A stretch of DNA of 64,000 bases from Parcubacteria bacterium C7867-005 (GCA_001189165.1 LFCO01000003.1:126984-190983), one strand, 5' to 3'. Positions 47,024 through 57,522 are shown, counted from the first letter of the stretch. Numbers and translations: made by a program. The notes: a model not told the origin generated them from the sequence alone.

Positions 47024-47508
47024 GCATAACTATTTTTACTGACGGGTCATCGAAGGGGAATCCTGGACCTGGGGGGTGGGGGGCTATTGTGGCTTACACG
47101 GATAAGGTGGTTGAACTTGGGGGTAGAGAGGAACACACGACGAACAACCGTATGGAACTTTCCGCAGCGATCTATGCAATAGAGTCTTTAAAACAAAGCG
47201 AAGTAGCCACCATCTATTCTGATTCAACCTATGTGGTCAAAGGTATCACCGAGTGGATCCACGGTTGGCACAGAAACAATTGGAAAACAGCAGGCAAGAA
47301 ACCCGTAGAGAACAAAGATTTATGGTTGAGATTATTCGATGCTATCCAGAACAAAGACCTAAAATGGAAAGTGATACCTGGACATGCAGGTATCCATGCG
47401 AACGAACGCTGCGATGAGATCGCCACTTCTTTCGCTGATAATCTCCTTCCAGTTTTATATGATGGATCGAGAGCAGGCTATACCACCAAACTTGAAGTGA
47501 ATGGATAA
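47020..47508 (+). CDS. rnhA: Ribonuclease HI
   Basis: IFTDGSSKGNPGPGGWGA...NNRMEL...IYSDSTYVVKGI; overlaps recJ stop by 4 nt. Confidence 0.9.
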   Translation: MSITIFTDGSSKGNPGPGGWGAIVAYTDKVVELGGREEHTTNNRMELSAAIYAIESLKQSEVATIYSDSTYVVKGITEWIHGWHRNNWKTAGKKPVENKDLWLRLFDAIQNKDLKWKVIPGHAGIHANERCDEIATSFADNLLPVLYDGSRAGYTTKLEVNG

Positions 47509-48982
47509 AATAATAAGTAAGATAGAAAATACCCGGCACTCGGGTATTTTTGTTTTCTTGTGGAGTTTCATTATTGCCGTACTCTGTTCTTCTTTTATAA
47601 ATATCCTACCGATAATAAGTCTATGTCTGATGACCGTCGGGTTTTTAGGTTTTTTGTTTTTTAAATTTATAAAGATAGAAGCAAATATTTTAATCAGCTT
47701 GTTATTCCTAGTTATCTTCTCATTCGGTTTCGGAGCTCTGCGTTTTGAGATAAAAGATTATCATTTGTTGGATAAGAAATTCGAAGCATCATTAGAATCA
47801 AAAATAGAATTAGATGGCTTGGTTATAAGCGAGGTTGAAACCAGAGAGAGTGGCTCGAGATTTGTCTTAGATGTAGATGGACAGAAGATTTTGGTCAGCG
47901 CCAGAGATTTCTCTAATACAGAATACGGAGATCGGGTAGCGGTTACTGGCAAGCTCCAAAAGCCGGGGATTATAGAGAGTGATACGGGTAGAGACTTCGA
48001 CTACGGTGCCTATTTATCCAAGGATGATATTTATTACACCATGAGTTTCGCAGAGGTAGAGACCCTCTCCTCTGGTCACGGTAATTTTTTAAAATCTTTC
48101 CTCATCAAGATAAAAACAAAGTTCACAGACAGGATGAATACAATCTTGCCAGAACCAGAATCATCTTTACTTGCAGGTCTACTTGTCTCTGGTAAGCAGG
48201 CTCTACCCAAAAGCACACTCGAAGAATTTAAGAGAGCGGGGATAGTGCACATAGTCGTGCTCTCTGGTTATAACGTCACCATTATCGCAGAGTTTTTCCG
48301 CAAAATGTTTGGTTTGTTGTCTGTCCGATTTGCTTTGCCAGCATCAGTTGTTGGTATTGTCCTATTCACACTACTTACTGGTGCATCTGCTACCGTAGTC
48401 AGGGCGTCCATTATGGTGCTGATTGTATTGTTCAGTAAATCTCTTGGACGGACTTATTCTGTTGGACGGGCATTGCTTTTGGCCGGAGTGCTCATGGTTT
48501 TCCATAACCCAAAAATTTTGGTTTTTGATCCATCTTTCGAACTTTCTTTTATTGCTGTCCTCGCACTTGCATACATGAGCTCCTTAGCCGAAAAGTATCT
48601 CGGCAGTATTCCTCTGCAGTGGGGCATGAGGAGTATGTTGGCAACTATTATCAGCACTCAGGTTGCAGTTTTGCCATACCTGCTTTACTCGATGGGGAGT
48701 TTTTCTATGGTGTCTGTGTTCTCAAATACCCTGATCCTATTGTTCATACCTGTTACAATGCTCATTGGCTTTGCGGCTGTATCTCTGTCGTTTGTGGGTT
48801 TTTATCTGGCAATGCCATTTTCGTATTGCGCGCATCTCCTCCTAGAGTACATACTCTCGGTTGCTCACTATCTAGGTAATTTATCTTTTGCCAGTATCTC
48901 TGTGCCGATTTTCCCTTGGTGGTTAGCTGTTTTTATTTATTTAGTATTGATAGGTTTTGTTTATAATAGATCCAAGACTTAA
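47501..48982 (+). CDS. comEC: ComEC/Rec2-family DNA internalisation channel (DUF4131 plus Competence domain), lacking the C-terminal MBL domain
   Basis: Polytopic membrane protein with OB-like DUF4131 region and the Competence-domain motif (LLAGLLVSGKQALPKSTLEEFKRAGIVHIVVLSGYNV). Confidence 0.8.
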   Translation: MDKIISKIENTRHSGIFVFLWSFIIAVLCSSFINILPIISLCLMTVGFLGFLFFKFIKIEANILISLLFLVIFSFGFGALRFEIKDYHLLDKKFEASLESKIELDGLVISEVETRESGSRFVLDVDGQKILVSARDFSNTEYGDRVAVTGKLQKPGIIESDTGRDFDYGAYLSKDDIYYTMSFAEVETLSSGHGNFLKSFLIKIKTKFTDRMNTILPEPESSLLAGLLVSGKQALPKSTLEEFKRAGIVHIVVLSGYNVTIIAEFFRKMFGLLSVRFALPASVVGIVLFTLLTGASATVVRASIMVLIVLFSKSLGRTYSVGRALLLAGVLMVFHNPKILVFDPSFELSFIAVLALAYMSSLAEKYLGSIPLQWGMRSMLATIISTQVAVLPYLLYSMGSFSMVSVFSNTLILLFIPVTMLIGFAAVSLSFVGFYLAMPFSYCAHLLLEYILSVAHYLGNLSFASISVPIFPWWLAVFIYLVLIGFVYNRSKT

Positions 48983-49317
48983 GCAGCTAAACTATGTTTT
49001 TTATTTAGATGATCGCTCGCCCTATCTCTGATATCCAAGATAATCCTTTCAAAATCTTCTGGCTTTGTGTCTCCGGGTAATTCTCTAACCTCCCATTCAT
49101 GATGCAGACCAACGCTCCTCTCGTCTATCCGACGATGAAAAGAAAGTTCCATTCTAAAAGTATTATCTATGGCTGTATCGTATGCTTCGGCTTGTTCTGG
49201 CGACCCTGCGTCAAAGGACAAAATCCAGCCAGTCCTATCGAATGGTGGCTTGACCTCTATCTTTAGTTCATCCAACTTCTCAACTTCAGGTACTGGTTCG
49301 TGGAAATCTATAGCCAT
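48979..49317 (-). CDS. Small acidic hypothetical protein
   Basis: 112 aa, acidic, no recognisable motif. Confidence 0.4.
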   Translation of the reverse strand: MAIDFHEPVPEVEKLDELKIEVKPPFDRTGWILSFDAGSPEQAEAYDTAIDNTFRMELSFHRRIDERSVGLHHEWEVRELPGDTKPEDFERIILDIRDRASDHLNKKHSLAA

Positions 49318-49318
49318 T

Positions 49319-49843
49319 TTATTTTGCCTTAGCCAAATTATCTTCTACCGTTTCCCAGTTTAAATTTTTGAAAAATGTTTCGACATACTGTTTCTTGTCT
49401 GCGGGGGTGTAGTCGAGGTAGTAAGAGTGCTCCCACATATCTAGAGCTAATATTGGGGTGAGGCCAGAGAGTTGTCCAAGATGTTGTTCGTCCACCCAAG
49501 ATTGGATTAACCGGTTTGTCGCCTTGTCGTAGTAGACCATCGCCCAGCCAACTCCACGAGTGAGTGCGAGTTCCTTAAATTTTTCTAAGTCGAATCCCAT
49601 TTTTGCGAATTCACCACCCTCATTCATAGGCTTGGGTCCGCCCACGAAATGAGCAAAATAAACTTCATGATTTCTCATACCATTGAATTCAAAAGGGAAC
49701 CTGCGGTCATAACCAGTGCCCTGAAGTAATGTGTTTGTGTTTTTCACATATCCTGCATAGAGCTTCAGGTGCTCTTCAATTGTTTTTTCAGAGATGCCGA
49801 TCAATTTTGGTATCTCGAACTTTTTTTCTTCGAATGTTGTCAT
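49319..49843 (-). CDS. Fe/Mn superoxide dismutase family protein (short form)
   Basis: C-terminal DMWEHSYYLDY and GWAMVYYD signatures; N-terminal His-pair region degenerate. Confidence 0.75.
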   Translation of the reverse strand: MTTFEEKKFEIPKLIGISEKTIEEHLKLYAGYVKNTNTLLQGTGYDRRFPFEFNGMRNHEVYFAHFVGGPKPMNEGGEFAKMGFDLEKFKELALTRGVGWAMVYYDKATNRLIQSWVDEQHLGQLSGLTPILALDMWEHSYYLDYTPADKKQYVETFFKNLNWETVEDNLAKAK

Positions 49844-49894
49844 AGAGTTTTTATATTTCTAATCTTTTTAATTATAACACCCTATACTGTGGGT

Positions 49895-50752
49895 ATGGAG
49901 TCGATCAAAAAGAATTGGAAAACTTGGCTGGTGGTAGCTCTAATTCTGGGGAATATCTGTGTTTGGGCGGAGATCTATGTTCGTAGACCCTCCAATCTCC
50001 TAAATGTTTATTTTTTTGATGTTGGCCAGGGCGACTCTATCTTCGTGGATACCCCAACACACAAACATATTCTCATCGATGGAGGATCAAATAATAGAGT
50101 GCTATCTATGCTCGGAGAGGTTTTACCTTTTGGTGATAGAAAAATAGATGTGCTTTTGGCCACCCATCCGGACCGTGACCACATAGGCGGTTTGTCTGAG
50201 GTGGTCAGTAGGTTTGATGTCAAAATATTTATCTCGCCAGGCATTGAATCACCAACTACAGTAGACGATGAACTTGATTTGAGTATACAAAGAGAGGGTT
50301 CACAGAGAATATTAGCTAAACGTGGTACAACCATAGATTTTGGGGACGGGGTGAAGCTCGTCCTCTTGTTCCCAGACAGAGATGTTTCAGATTGGGAAAC
50401 AAATGATGCTTCTATAGTAGCCAAGCTTGTTTATGGGGAACACTCCTTTCTTTTGACTGGTGATTCGTCCAAGAAAACAGAGTATTTATTGCTTGGCCTG
50501 AATGAAGAAGTGCTAGACAGTACTGTCTTGAAGGCGGGACATCATGGATCACGCACATCTACATCTTTGTCTTATGCCCAGGCGGTTAGTCCGGAATATA
50601 CGATAATCTCTGCTGGCAAGGGCAATTCTTATGGGCACCCACACAAGGAGGTGATAGATGTGTTAAATAAAATAGGTACAAAAATACTCTCTACTTTTGA
50701 ATTGGGAACTATTAGATTCAAGACAAACGGAGAATCTCTAGAGGTTATATAA
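49895..50752 (+). CDS. Membrane-anchored metallo-beta-lactamase-fold protein of the ComEC C-terminal type
   Basis: YFFDVGQGDSIFVDTP...LLATHPDRDHIGG...GDS...AGHHGS motifs of the ComEC/ComA MBL domain; start moved to internal Met to avoid overlap with the sod gene. Confidence 0.8.
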   Translation: MESIKKNWKTWLVVALILGNICVWAEIYVRRPSNLLNVYFFDVGQGDSIFVDTPTHKHILIDGGSNNRVLSMLGEVLPFGDRKIDVLLATHPDRDHIGGLSEVVSRFDVKIFISPGIESPTTVDDELDLSIQREGSQRILAKRGTTIDFGDGVKLVLLFPDRDVSDWETNDASIVAKLVYGEHSFLLTGDSSKKTEYLLLGLNEEVLDSTVLKAGHHGSRTSTSLSYAQAVSPEYTIISAGKGNSYGHPHKEVIDVLNKIGTKILSTFELGTIRFKTNGESLEVI

Positions 50753-50987
50753 GGCCAGCTTTTTTGAGGACAGAATGAGCACCACGTTTGTTTATGGTTT
50801 TGATCGCATCTGTAGAAAGTGTGAGGGTGAGCGTTTTCTTGAGTTCGGGTACATAAATACGCTTTTTCTGGAGATTTGGATACTTCCTGACGTTCCCGGT
50901 TGGATTAAACTGGGTAGCACGAGTCCTGTTGGAGTAGCCTCCACCTATCCTTGAACCCTTTTTAGTGACTGGACAAACCTTAGCCAT
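50745..50987 (-). CDS. rpmB: 50S ribosomal protein L28
   Basis: MAKVCPVTKKGSRIGGGYSNRTRATQFNPTGNVRKYPNLQKKRIYVPEL is canonical L28. Confidence 0.9.
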   Translation of the reverse strand: MAKVCPVTKKGSRIGGGYSNRTRATQFNPTGNVRKYPNLQKKRIYVPELKKTLTLTLSTDAIKTINKRGAHSVLKKAGLI

Positions 50988-51019
50988 AGTGGGAGTTATG
51001 CTAACATAAAACCACGAAC

Positions 51020-51637
51020 ATGCAACTCGAATTCATATTCCAGATAGCCATACTCATCATGTCTGTTGTTATCCATGAAGTTTCTCATGGGTATGCAGCC
51101 AGTCTCTTGGGGGACCAGACTGCCAGGTATCAAGGCAGGTTAACTCTCAATCCATTCAAACACTTGGAGATGGTGGGGTCGTTCTTTGTCCCACTTGTTT
51201 CTTATTTCTTTGGAGGTTTTATCTTTGGCTGGGCTAAGCCAGTACCCTATAACCCACACAATCTACGACCAGGTAGATGGTCTGAGGCAATAGTAGCCGG
51301 GGCTGGTCCAGCATCTAACCTTGTGCTGGCTATCATATTTGGCTTGGTTATTCGGTTTTCTGTGGCCTTGGGTATAGAAAATATGGCCTTTTTGCATGTC
51401 ACTGCCTTGGTGGTGTTTGTGAACCTGCTTCTCATGGTCTTTAACCTGGTCCCCATACCTCCACTAGACGGTTCAAAGCTACTTTTCGCCTGTTTTCCAC
51501 AGAAAATGTATCAAATTCGGGGTTTTTATGAGAGATACAGCCTGATACTGATACTTATCTTTATCTTCGTATTATGGGAATACATCGCCCCACTCGCCAC
51601 TTTAGCTTTCAGGATAATCACCGGCCTGTCCCTTTGA
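51020..51637 (+). CDS. Site-2 protease family (M50-like) intramembrane metalloprotease
   Basis: HExxH within the first TM (VIHEVSHGYAA); polytopic; LDG motif (PIPPLDGSKL). Confidence 0.75.
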   Translation: MQLEFIFQIAILIMSVVIHEVSHGYAASLLGDQTARYQGRLTLNPFKHLEMVGSFFVPLVSYFFGGFIFGWAKPVPYNPHNLRPGRWSEAIVAGAGPASNLVLAIIFGLVIRFSVALGIENMAFLHVTALVVFVNLLLMVFNLVPIPPLDGSKLLFACFPQKMYQIRGFYERYSLILILIFIFVLWEYIAPLATLAFRIITGLSL

Positions 51638-51704
51638 GGAACGTGTTGCTTGCGTTTTTGGGGGCTATTTAGTAGAGTAGTAGTCTCCTTTTGGAGGTTT
51701 TTTC

Positions 51705-52118
51705 ATGTCTACCATAAACCAGTTGGTCAAACGAAAAAGAAGCAAGGTCGCCAGGAAATCTAAGGCGATCGCTTTGACTCGTGGGTTTAATACAATTAAA
51801 AACCGACCAATCTACTTTAACTCTCCTTTCAAACGCGGTGTTTGTACCAAGGTGACTACAAAAACTCCAAAGAAACCTAACTCAGCTATTCGTAAAATCG
51901 CCCGTGTCCGCCTATCGAATGGCCATGAAGTAACCGCCTATATCCCTGGTGAGGGCCATAACCTACAGGAACACTCAGTCGTAGTTATCCGTGGTGGTCG
52001 TGTAAAGGACCTTGGAGTCAGATACACTATCGTTCGTGGACTTCTTGATGCACAGGGTGTAGAAAAGAGACGTCAGTCCAGAAGCCAATACGGTACCAAG
52101 AAACCAAAGGGTAAATAA
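51705..52118 (+). CDS. rpsL: 30S ribosomal protein S12
   Basis: Canonical S12 sequence ([10 protein letters not shown]...). Confidence 0.97.
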   Translation: MSTINQLVKRKRSKVARKSKAIALTRGFNTIKNRPIYFNSPFKRGVCTKVTTKTPKKPNSAIRKIARVRLSNGHEVTAYIPGEGHNLQEHSVVVIRGGRVKDLGVRYTIVRGLLDAQGVEKRRQSRSQYGTKKPKGK

Positions 52119-52126
52119 AATAAACC

Positions 52127-52597
52127 ATGCGACGCAAACTCAAAGCCAAAAAGCCTTTAACTCCTGATTCAGTTTATGAATCTGAAAAGATTACCAAGTT
52201 TGTTAACTATGTGATGCTCGAAGGCAAGAAGACTACTGCACGTGCAGTCGTCTATCGTGCTTTGGATGAGATTAAATCAAAAGCCAAAACAGAGAATCCG
52301 CTTGAGATTTTTGAGATGGCTTTGAAAAACACAGGTCCAACTATGGAAGTCAGATCAAGGAGAGTTGGAGGTGCAAACTACCAGATTCCTCGCGAAGTTA
52401 GACCAGAAAGGAGGCAGTTCCTCTCTATGAAATGGATCATAGAAGCTGCTCGTTTGAAGAAAGGTAAACCAATGCATGAGAAACTCGCAGAAGAAATCGT
52501 AGCCGCTTCAAACAACGAGGGTGATGCGGTGAAGAAGAGAGAGAATACTCACAAGATGGCAGATGCCAACAAGGCCTTCGCCCACTTCGCTTGGTAA
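52127..52597 (+). CDS. rpsG: 30S ribosomal protein S7
   Basis: Canonical S7; str operon order. Confidence 0.97.
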   Translation: MRRKLKAKKPLTPDSVYESEKITKFVNYVMLEGKKTTARAVVYRALDEIKSKAKTENPLEIFEMALKNTGPTMEVRSRRVGGANYQIPREVRPERRQFLSMKWIIEAARLKKGKPMHEKLAEEIVAASNNEGDAVKKRENTHKMADANKAFAHFAW

Positions 52598-52664
52598 TTT
52601 TTTGTTAGAATTGTTTTATCCCCACGAGGGTTTTATTTTTTAGAGAATTATAAATTAATTATTT

Positions 52665-54830
52665 ATGGAACGAGATTATCCCCTAGAACGAGTTAGAAAC
52701 TTCGGTATTATCGCCCACATCGACGCGGGCAAGACCACAACCTCAGAGCGCGTGCTTTTTTATACTGGTGCTCAACACAGCATTGGTGAGGTGCACGAAG
52801 GGGAGACAACTACAGACTGGATGGAACAAGAAAGAGAGAGAGGTATCACCATCACCGCAGCAGCGATCACTTGTTTCTGGGCGCCTACGTATCTTTCAGC
52901 AACAGAGAGGTCCGATGCCAAAAAGAAATTCCGTTTTAACGTGATCGACACCCCAGGACACATCGACTTTACTGTAGAAGTGAAGAGATCCTTGCGCGTA
53001 CTCGACGGTGCAGTGGTGGTATTCGACGGCGTGGCCGGTGTTGAACCACAATCTGAAACTAACTGGCGTTATGCAGAGGACGCGAACGTTCCTCGTGTTT
53101 GTTTTATCAACAAGCTTGATCGAACTGGTGCATCGTTTGAACGTTCATACAAATCAATCCTCGACAGGCTTTCCAAGAAAGCAGTCCGTATGCAGATCCC
53201 TATTGGTGAAGAGGATAAGCACGAAGGTGTAGTGGATCTATTGAAAATGAAAGCGTACTACTTCGAGGGCAATATGGGTAATCAAGTTCTTGAGAAAGAC
53301 ATACCCGCAGACCTCCTTGAACAAGCAACTAAATACAGAGCAGAACTCGTAGAGAGAATAGTAGAGAATGACGAGGGACTCATGAATGCATACCTTGAGG
53401 GCAAGGAAATCTCTCTTGAAGCACTCAAAGAAACTCTCCGCAAAGCAGTGATAGGGAATAAAATTTTCCCTGTGTTCACTGGCTCTGCTTTGAAAAACAA
53501 AGGTGTACAGCTCGTACTCGATGCGGTTGTAGACTTCCTCCCATCTCCACTCGATATTCCTCCTGTAAAAGGTATCAATCCTGAAAATGGTGAAGAGGTC
53601 ATGAGGCATGCGAGTGATGCAGAACCTTTTGCTGCTCTCGCCTTCAAACTCCAAGCAGATCCATTCGTCGGACAACTTACTTTCTTCCGCGTGTATTCAG
53701 GAACAATAGAATCAGGAAGCTATATCTATAACTCCACCACTGGAGAGAAGGAGAGATTGGGTAGAATCGTGCGCCTCCAGGCGAATCAGCGCGAAGAAGT
53801 GAAAAAAGTTTTTGCCGGAGAGATCGCCGCAGCGGTGGGTCTAAAGAATGCTAAAACATCTCACACATTCTCTGATGAGACGAACGCAATCATCCTCGAC
53901 CAGATCACATTCCCTGAACCAGTTATCTCTTTGCGTATCGAACCAAAAACAAAAGCAGACCAAGAGAAAATGGGCTTTGCACTCAAGAGACTTTCGGACG
54001 AAGATCCAACTTTCAAAATCAAATCTGATTCAGAGACAGGAGAAACAGTGATCATGGGTATGGGTGAACTCCACCTTGAGATTATTGTTGATCGTATGAA
54101 GAGAGAGTTCAGCGTCGAAGCAAATGTCGGTAAACCACAAGTAGCTTATAAAGAAACGATCACCGGCGAAGCAGAAGTCGACAACAAATACGTCAAGCAA
54201 ACTGGAGGAAAGGGTCAGTACGGACACGTCAGGATCAAGATCAAACCACTTCCAAAATATGATCCAGAAGAAAAGGTTCCTAAAAATGCTCACCGAGAGG
54301 AAGGATTCGAGTTCATCGATTCTATCAAAGGAGGTGTTATTCCTCAAGAATTTATCCCTGCAGTAGAGAAGGGAGTGAAGGAAGCCATGGAACGCGGAAT
54401 ACTCGCAGGATACAAGATGGTGGACATATCTTGTGAATTGAATTTTGGATCGTACCATGATGTGGACTCTTCTGAAATCGCTTACAAGATCGCAGCTTCC
54501 CAGGCCTTTCAAGAGGCGGCCAAGAAGTCTAAACCAGTTATCCTCGAGCCAATTATGAGAGTCGAAGTAGTGGTCCCAGAAAAGTTCATGGGTGACATCA
54601 CTGGTAACCTTTCTGGTAAGCGTGGACAGATCGAAGCGATGGAAGATAGGGGAGACCTCAAGGTTATCCGTGCACAAGTGCCTCTATCAGAAATGTTCGG
54701 TTATGTGACAAACCTCCGTTCTATGACCGAAGGCCGTGGCTCTTCTACTATGGAATTCGATCACTATGCGATCGTGCCTCCAAACGTGGCTACAACTATC
54801 ATCGAACAGAGAACGGGAGGGAAGGCATAA
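52665..54830 (+). CDS. fusA: Elongation factor G
   Basis: G-domain motifs ([21 protein letters not shown]) and full EF-G length. Confidence 0.97.
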   Translation: MERDYPLERVRNFGIIAHIDAGKTTTSERVLFYTGAQHSIGEVHEGETTTDWMEQERERGITITAAAITCFWAPTYLSATERSDAKKKFRFNVIDTPGHIDFTVEVKRSLRVLDGAVVVFDGVAGVEPQSETNWRYAEDANVPRVCFINKLDRTGASFERSYKSILDRLSKKAVRMQIPIGEEDKHEGVVDLLKMKAYYFEGNMGNQVLEKDIPADLLEQATKYRAELVERIVENDEGLMNAYLEGKEISLEALKETLRKAVIGNKIFPVFTGSALKNKGVQLVLDAVVDFLPSPLDIPPVKGINPENGEEVMRHASDAEPFAALAFKLQADPFVGQLTFFRVYSGTIESGSYIYNSTTGEKERLGRIVRLQANQREEVKKVFAGEIAAAVGLKNAKTSHTFSDETNAIILDQITFPEPVISLRIEPKTKADQEKMGFALKRLSDEDPTFKIKSDSETGETVIMGMGELHLEIIVDRMKREFSVEANVGKPQVAYKETITGEAEVDNKYVKQTGGKGQYGHVRIKIKPLPKYDPEEKVPKNAHREEGFEFIDSIKGGVIPQEFIPAVEKGVKEAMERGILAGYKMVDISCELNFGSYHDVDSSEIAYKIAASQAFQEAAKKSKPVILEPIMRVEVVVPEKFMGDITGNLSGKRGQIEAMEDRGDLKVIRAQVPLSEMFGYVTNLRSMTEGRGSSTMEFDHYAIVPPNVATTIIEQRTGGKA

Positions 54831-54900
54831 TTGATAAACTCAGGTAATTCTAGTAAACGGCCCAGCAGGGCTGTTTTTGCGATATTTAAGCTGAATATCC

Positions 54901-54929
54901 TTGACTTTGGGTATTTAGTATGCTATGAT
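54901..54929 (+). promoter_or_regulatory. Sigma70-like promoter P1 (TTGACT-17-TATGAT) driving the foreign GC-rich ORF
   Basis: ttgact 54901-54906, 17-nt spacer, tatgat 54924-54929; shares tccttgac and agtatgcta-Y-gat with the promoter at 63310. Confidence 0.5.
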
Positions 54930-54986
54930 TAGTGAGGATAGAGAAGTTCCGTTACATACCCCTTCCGGCCTAGAGCCAGAGAGCCC

Positions 54987-55634
54987 ATGAACCCGTTCCA
55001 GGCACTCCTCGAGAAGATCGACAGCAAGGTCGCCGAGGTCAAGCAGCTCTTCGCTGCGATCCTCCTGAACGCCGACATCGTCGTGGCCCGAGCCGAACTC
55101 GGGCGTGTCATCGAAGCCCTCAAGGGCTCGAACACGGCCGCAGACGAACGCAACGCGCGTTTCGTGGCTGCGGAAGCCGAGTGCGCGCTCGAGGAGCTCA
55201 ACCAGATGGAGCAGAAGTTCCTCATCTCCGCCTTCGCCGTCGACATGATGCGCAAGCGGATGGGCGGGCTCGATCCGGTCACTCTCGAACGCTACAAGAC
55301 GTCTCTGAGTGACCGGATCACCCGGTACGATGCCACCCGTTCGGGCAGGATGCCCGACACGTCCGAGCTCCGTCGCCAATTTCGTGCCTTCAAGGCAGAC
55401 ATGCGTCGGGCCGAGGCTGCGTCCATCCACTCGGTCGGGAAGAGAGCCCACAAGGCTCTTCTGACTCCCGAGATCGTGGGTGGTTCGACCGGCTCGAAGC
55501 CGGCCTCGCGCGAGAACAAGCAGCGGGCTCGAGACAAGAGCATCGCCCATCGCGCGATGATGGTCCGGACGAATCGCATCCGCTCCGGTGAGCAGGGCAA
55601 CAAGAAGGGAGTGAAGCAGAAGGCTTCGCGCTAG
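54987..55634 (+). CDS. Compositionally foreign (very high GC3) hypothetical protein, 215 aa, predicted helical with basic C-terminus
   Basis: ATG after a weak agagag SD; nearly every codon ends in G/C, unlike neighbouring host genes; own promoter and own strong terminator. The long antisense ORFs are the usual high-GC artefact. Confidence 0.6.
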   Translation: MNPFQALLEKIDSKVAEVKQLFAAILLNADIVVARAELGRVIEALKGSNTAADERNARFVAAEAECALEELNQMEQKFLISAFAVDMMRKRMGGLDPVTLERYKTSLSDRITRYDATRSGRMPDTSELRRQFRAFKADMRRAEAASIHSVGKRAHKALLTPEIVGGSTGSKPASRENKQRARDKSIAHRAMMVRTNRIRSGEQGNKKGVKQKASR

Positions 55635-55647
55635 ATTGGGGTAACAA

Positions 55648-55688
55648 GCCCCGCGGACGGTCCCACGGACCATTCGTGGGGCTTTTCG
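55648..55688 (+). terminator. Strong Rho-independent terminator ending the GC-rich cassette
   Basis: gccccgcg-gac-ggtcc-cac-ggacc-att-cgtggggc compound hairpin followed by ttttcg. Confidence 0.6.
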
Positions 55689-55710
55689 TATATAAAAGCC
55701 TTAAAAATCC

Positions 55711-55738
55711 TTGACTATTGCTCGCCCTTTGCTAAGAT
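55711..55738 (+). promoter_or_regulatory. tuf promoter (TTGACT-16-TAAGAT) with about 180-nt leader
   Basis: atccttgact...taagat; the same tccttgac -35 context as the two cassette promoters. Confidence 0.5.
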
Positions 55739-55920
55739 AGCCCTTACGCGTTATGTGCTGTTTTTCTTTGGCTCTTTGAGACTCAATCTTAATAGACCGA
55801 ATGAAATATGGCTTTATTGCGTACTTATCCGTTTGTTGATCAGAGAGAGCAAATGTTCTCGCGCGCTCTCTCGGTTCAAAAAACAATTTACTTAAATTAC
55901 TAATAAATCTTACTAATTTT

Positions 55921-57114
55921 ATGGCAGCAGAATTCAACCGTTCCAAGCCTCACCTCAACGTCGGTACCATCGGACACGTTGACCACGGCAAGACGACCCT
56001 CACAGCAGCTATCTTGAACGTGCTTCACCGCGCGGGCAAAGTAGCCACAGTGAAGTCAGTTGGAGATATCGACAAGAGTCCTGAAGAAAAGGCTCGTGGT
56101 ATCACCATCTCCCTTTCCCACAGTGAATATGAGACAGACGCTCGTCACTACGCACACGTCGACGCTCCTGGACACGCAGACTATATCAAGAACATGATCA
56201 CCGGTGCCGCTCAGATGGACGGTGCGATCCTCGTGGTTGCAGCGACTGACGGTGTGATGCCACAGACACGTGAACACATCCTCCTTGCAAAGCAAGTTGG
56301 AGTTCCAAAGATCATCGTTTTCTTGAACAAGTGCGACATGGTTCCTGATAAAGAACTTATCGACCTAGTCGAAGAAGAAGTACGTGATCTCTTGAAGAAA
56401 TATGAATTTGACGGAGAAAACGCTCCTATCATCCGTGGTTCAGGCCTCAAAGCCCTCGAAGCTACAGGTATAGATGACGAATGGTCAAAGAAAGTTCTTG
56501 AATTGACTGATGCTTTGGACACTTACTTCCCAATCCCTGTTCGTGAAGTAGACAAGCCATTCCTCATGCCTATTGAAGACATCTTCTCTATCGAAGGTCG
56601 AGGTACAGTGGTTACTGGTCGTATCGAAAGAGGTACTGTCAAAGTTGGTGAAGAAGTAGAAATCGTCGGTATCGAAGCTACACAGAAAACTACAGTTACC
56701 GGTATCGAGATGTTCAACAAACAACTCCAGGACGGTAGAGCAGGAGACAACGCAGGTATCCTCCTCCGCGGTGTTAAGAAAGAAGATCTACACCGAGGAC
56801 AGGTTATCGCCAAGGTTGGTTCAGTAACTCCTCATACAGAATTCACAGCAGAAGTTTACATCCTCAAAAAGGAAGAAGGTGGTAGACACACTCCATTCTT
56901 CACCGGATACAAACCACAGTTCTACATCCGTACAACTGATGTGACCGGAGAAGTGACTCTAGCCGAAGGTGTAGAGATGGTTATGCCAGGAGACACAGTG
57001 ACATTCAAGGTTAAACTTGTTGCCCCTGTCGCTCTCGAGGATCAGACCAGATTTGCTATCCGTGAAGGAGGCAAGACTGTGGGTGCTGGAGTGGTAACAA
57101 AGGTTATCGCCTAA
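55921..57114 (+). CDS. tuf: Elongation factor Tu
   Basis: [25 protein letters not shown] motifs; 397 aa. Confidence 0.97.
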   Translation: MAAEFNRSKPHLNVGTIGHVDHGKTTLTAAILNVLHRAGKVATVKSVGDIDKSPEEKARGITISLSHSEYETDARHYAHVDAPGHADYIKNMITGAAQMDGAILVVAATDGVMPQTREHILLAKQVGVPKIIVFLNKCDMVPDKELIDLVEEEVRDLLKKYEFDGENAPIIRGSGLKALEATGIDDEWSKKVLELTDALDTYFPIPVREVDKPFLMPIEDIFSIEGRGTVVTGRIERGTVKVGEEVEIVGIEATQKTTVTGIEMFNKQLQDGRAGDNAGILLRGVKKEDLHRGQVIAKVGSVTPHTEFTAEVYILKKEEGGRHTPFFTGYKPQFYIRTTDVTGEVTLAEGVEMVMPGDTVTFKVKLVAPVALEDQTRFAIREGGKTVGAGVVTKVIA

Positions 57115-57135
57115 ACAAAAGACTACGTACCTTAC

Positions 57136-57522
57136 ATGACCAAGGAAACACACAAAGAGGTAAAAGAGAAAAAGCCAAAGGCCAAAGCTACTAAAGTAGC
57201 CAAGACCGAGGACGGCGTAGGGATGCTCCGCATCCGAGTCCGGGCTTATGAATCTAAGATCTTGGATGTTTCTGTGAAGCAGATTATCGACACAGCACTC
57301 CGCTACGATGCAGAAGTGCAGGGACCGATACCTCTACCAACAGAGATCAAGAAATATACAGTGAACCGTGCTGCATTCGTATACAAAAACGCGCGAGAAC
57401 AGTTTGAGATGCGAATACACAAACGACTCATTGATATCAAGAATCCAACTCCAAAGATCATAGAATCTCTCACTAATCTCAGTCTTCCTTCGGGAGTGAA
57501 CATAGACGTGAAGCTGGTTTAA
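57136..57522 (+). CDS. rpsJ: 30S ribosomal protein S10 (with possible Lys-rich N-terminal extension; alternative start near 57223)
   Basis: [15 protein letters not shown]...GPIPLPT is the S10 core; the preceding 29 residues are Lys-rich. Confidence 0.9.
   Translation: MTKETHKEVKEKKPKAKATKVAKTEDGVGMLRIRVRAYESKILDVSVKQIIDTALRYDAEVQGPIPLPTEIKKYTVNRAAFVYKNAREQFEMRIHKRLIDIKNPTPKIIESLTNLSLPSGVNIDVKLV

Noticed and set aside
54915-55673. Long minus-strand ORFs (252, 117, 103, 85 aa) antisense to the GC-rich cassette A
   Set aside because: High-GC DNA generates long stop-free antisense frames; their products are Arg/Gly/Pro-rich low-complexity. The plus-strand ORF has the promoter, SD and terminator.
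55701-55946. 81-aa minus-strand ORF spanning the tuf promoter/leader
   Set aside because: Overlaps the tuf promoter, leader and start codon; no SD; the leader is better explained as a structured 5' UTR.
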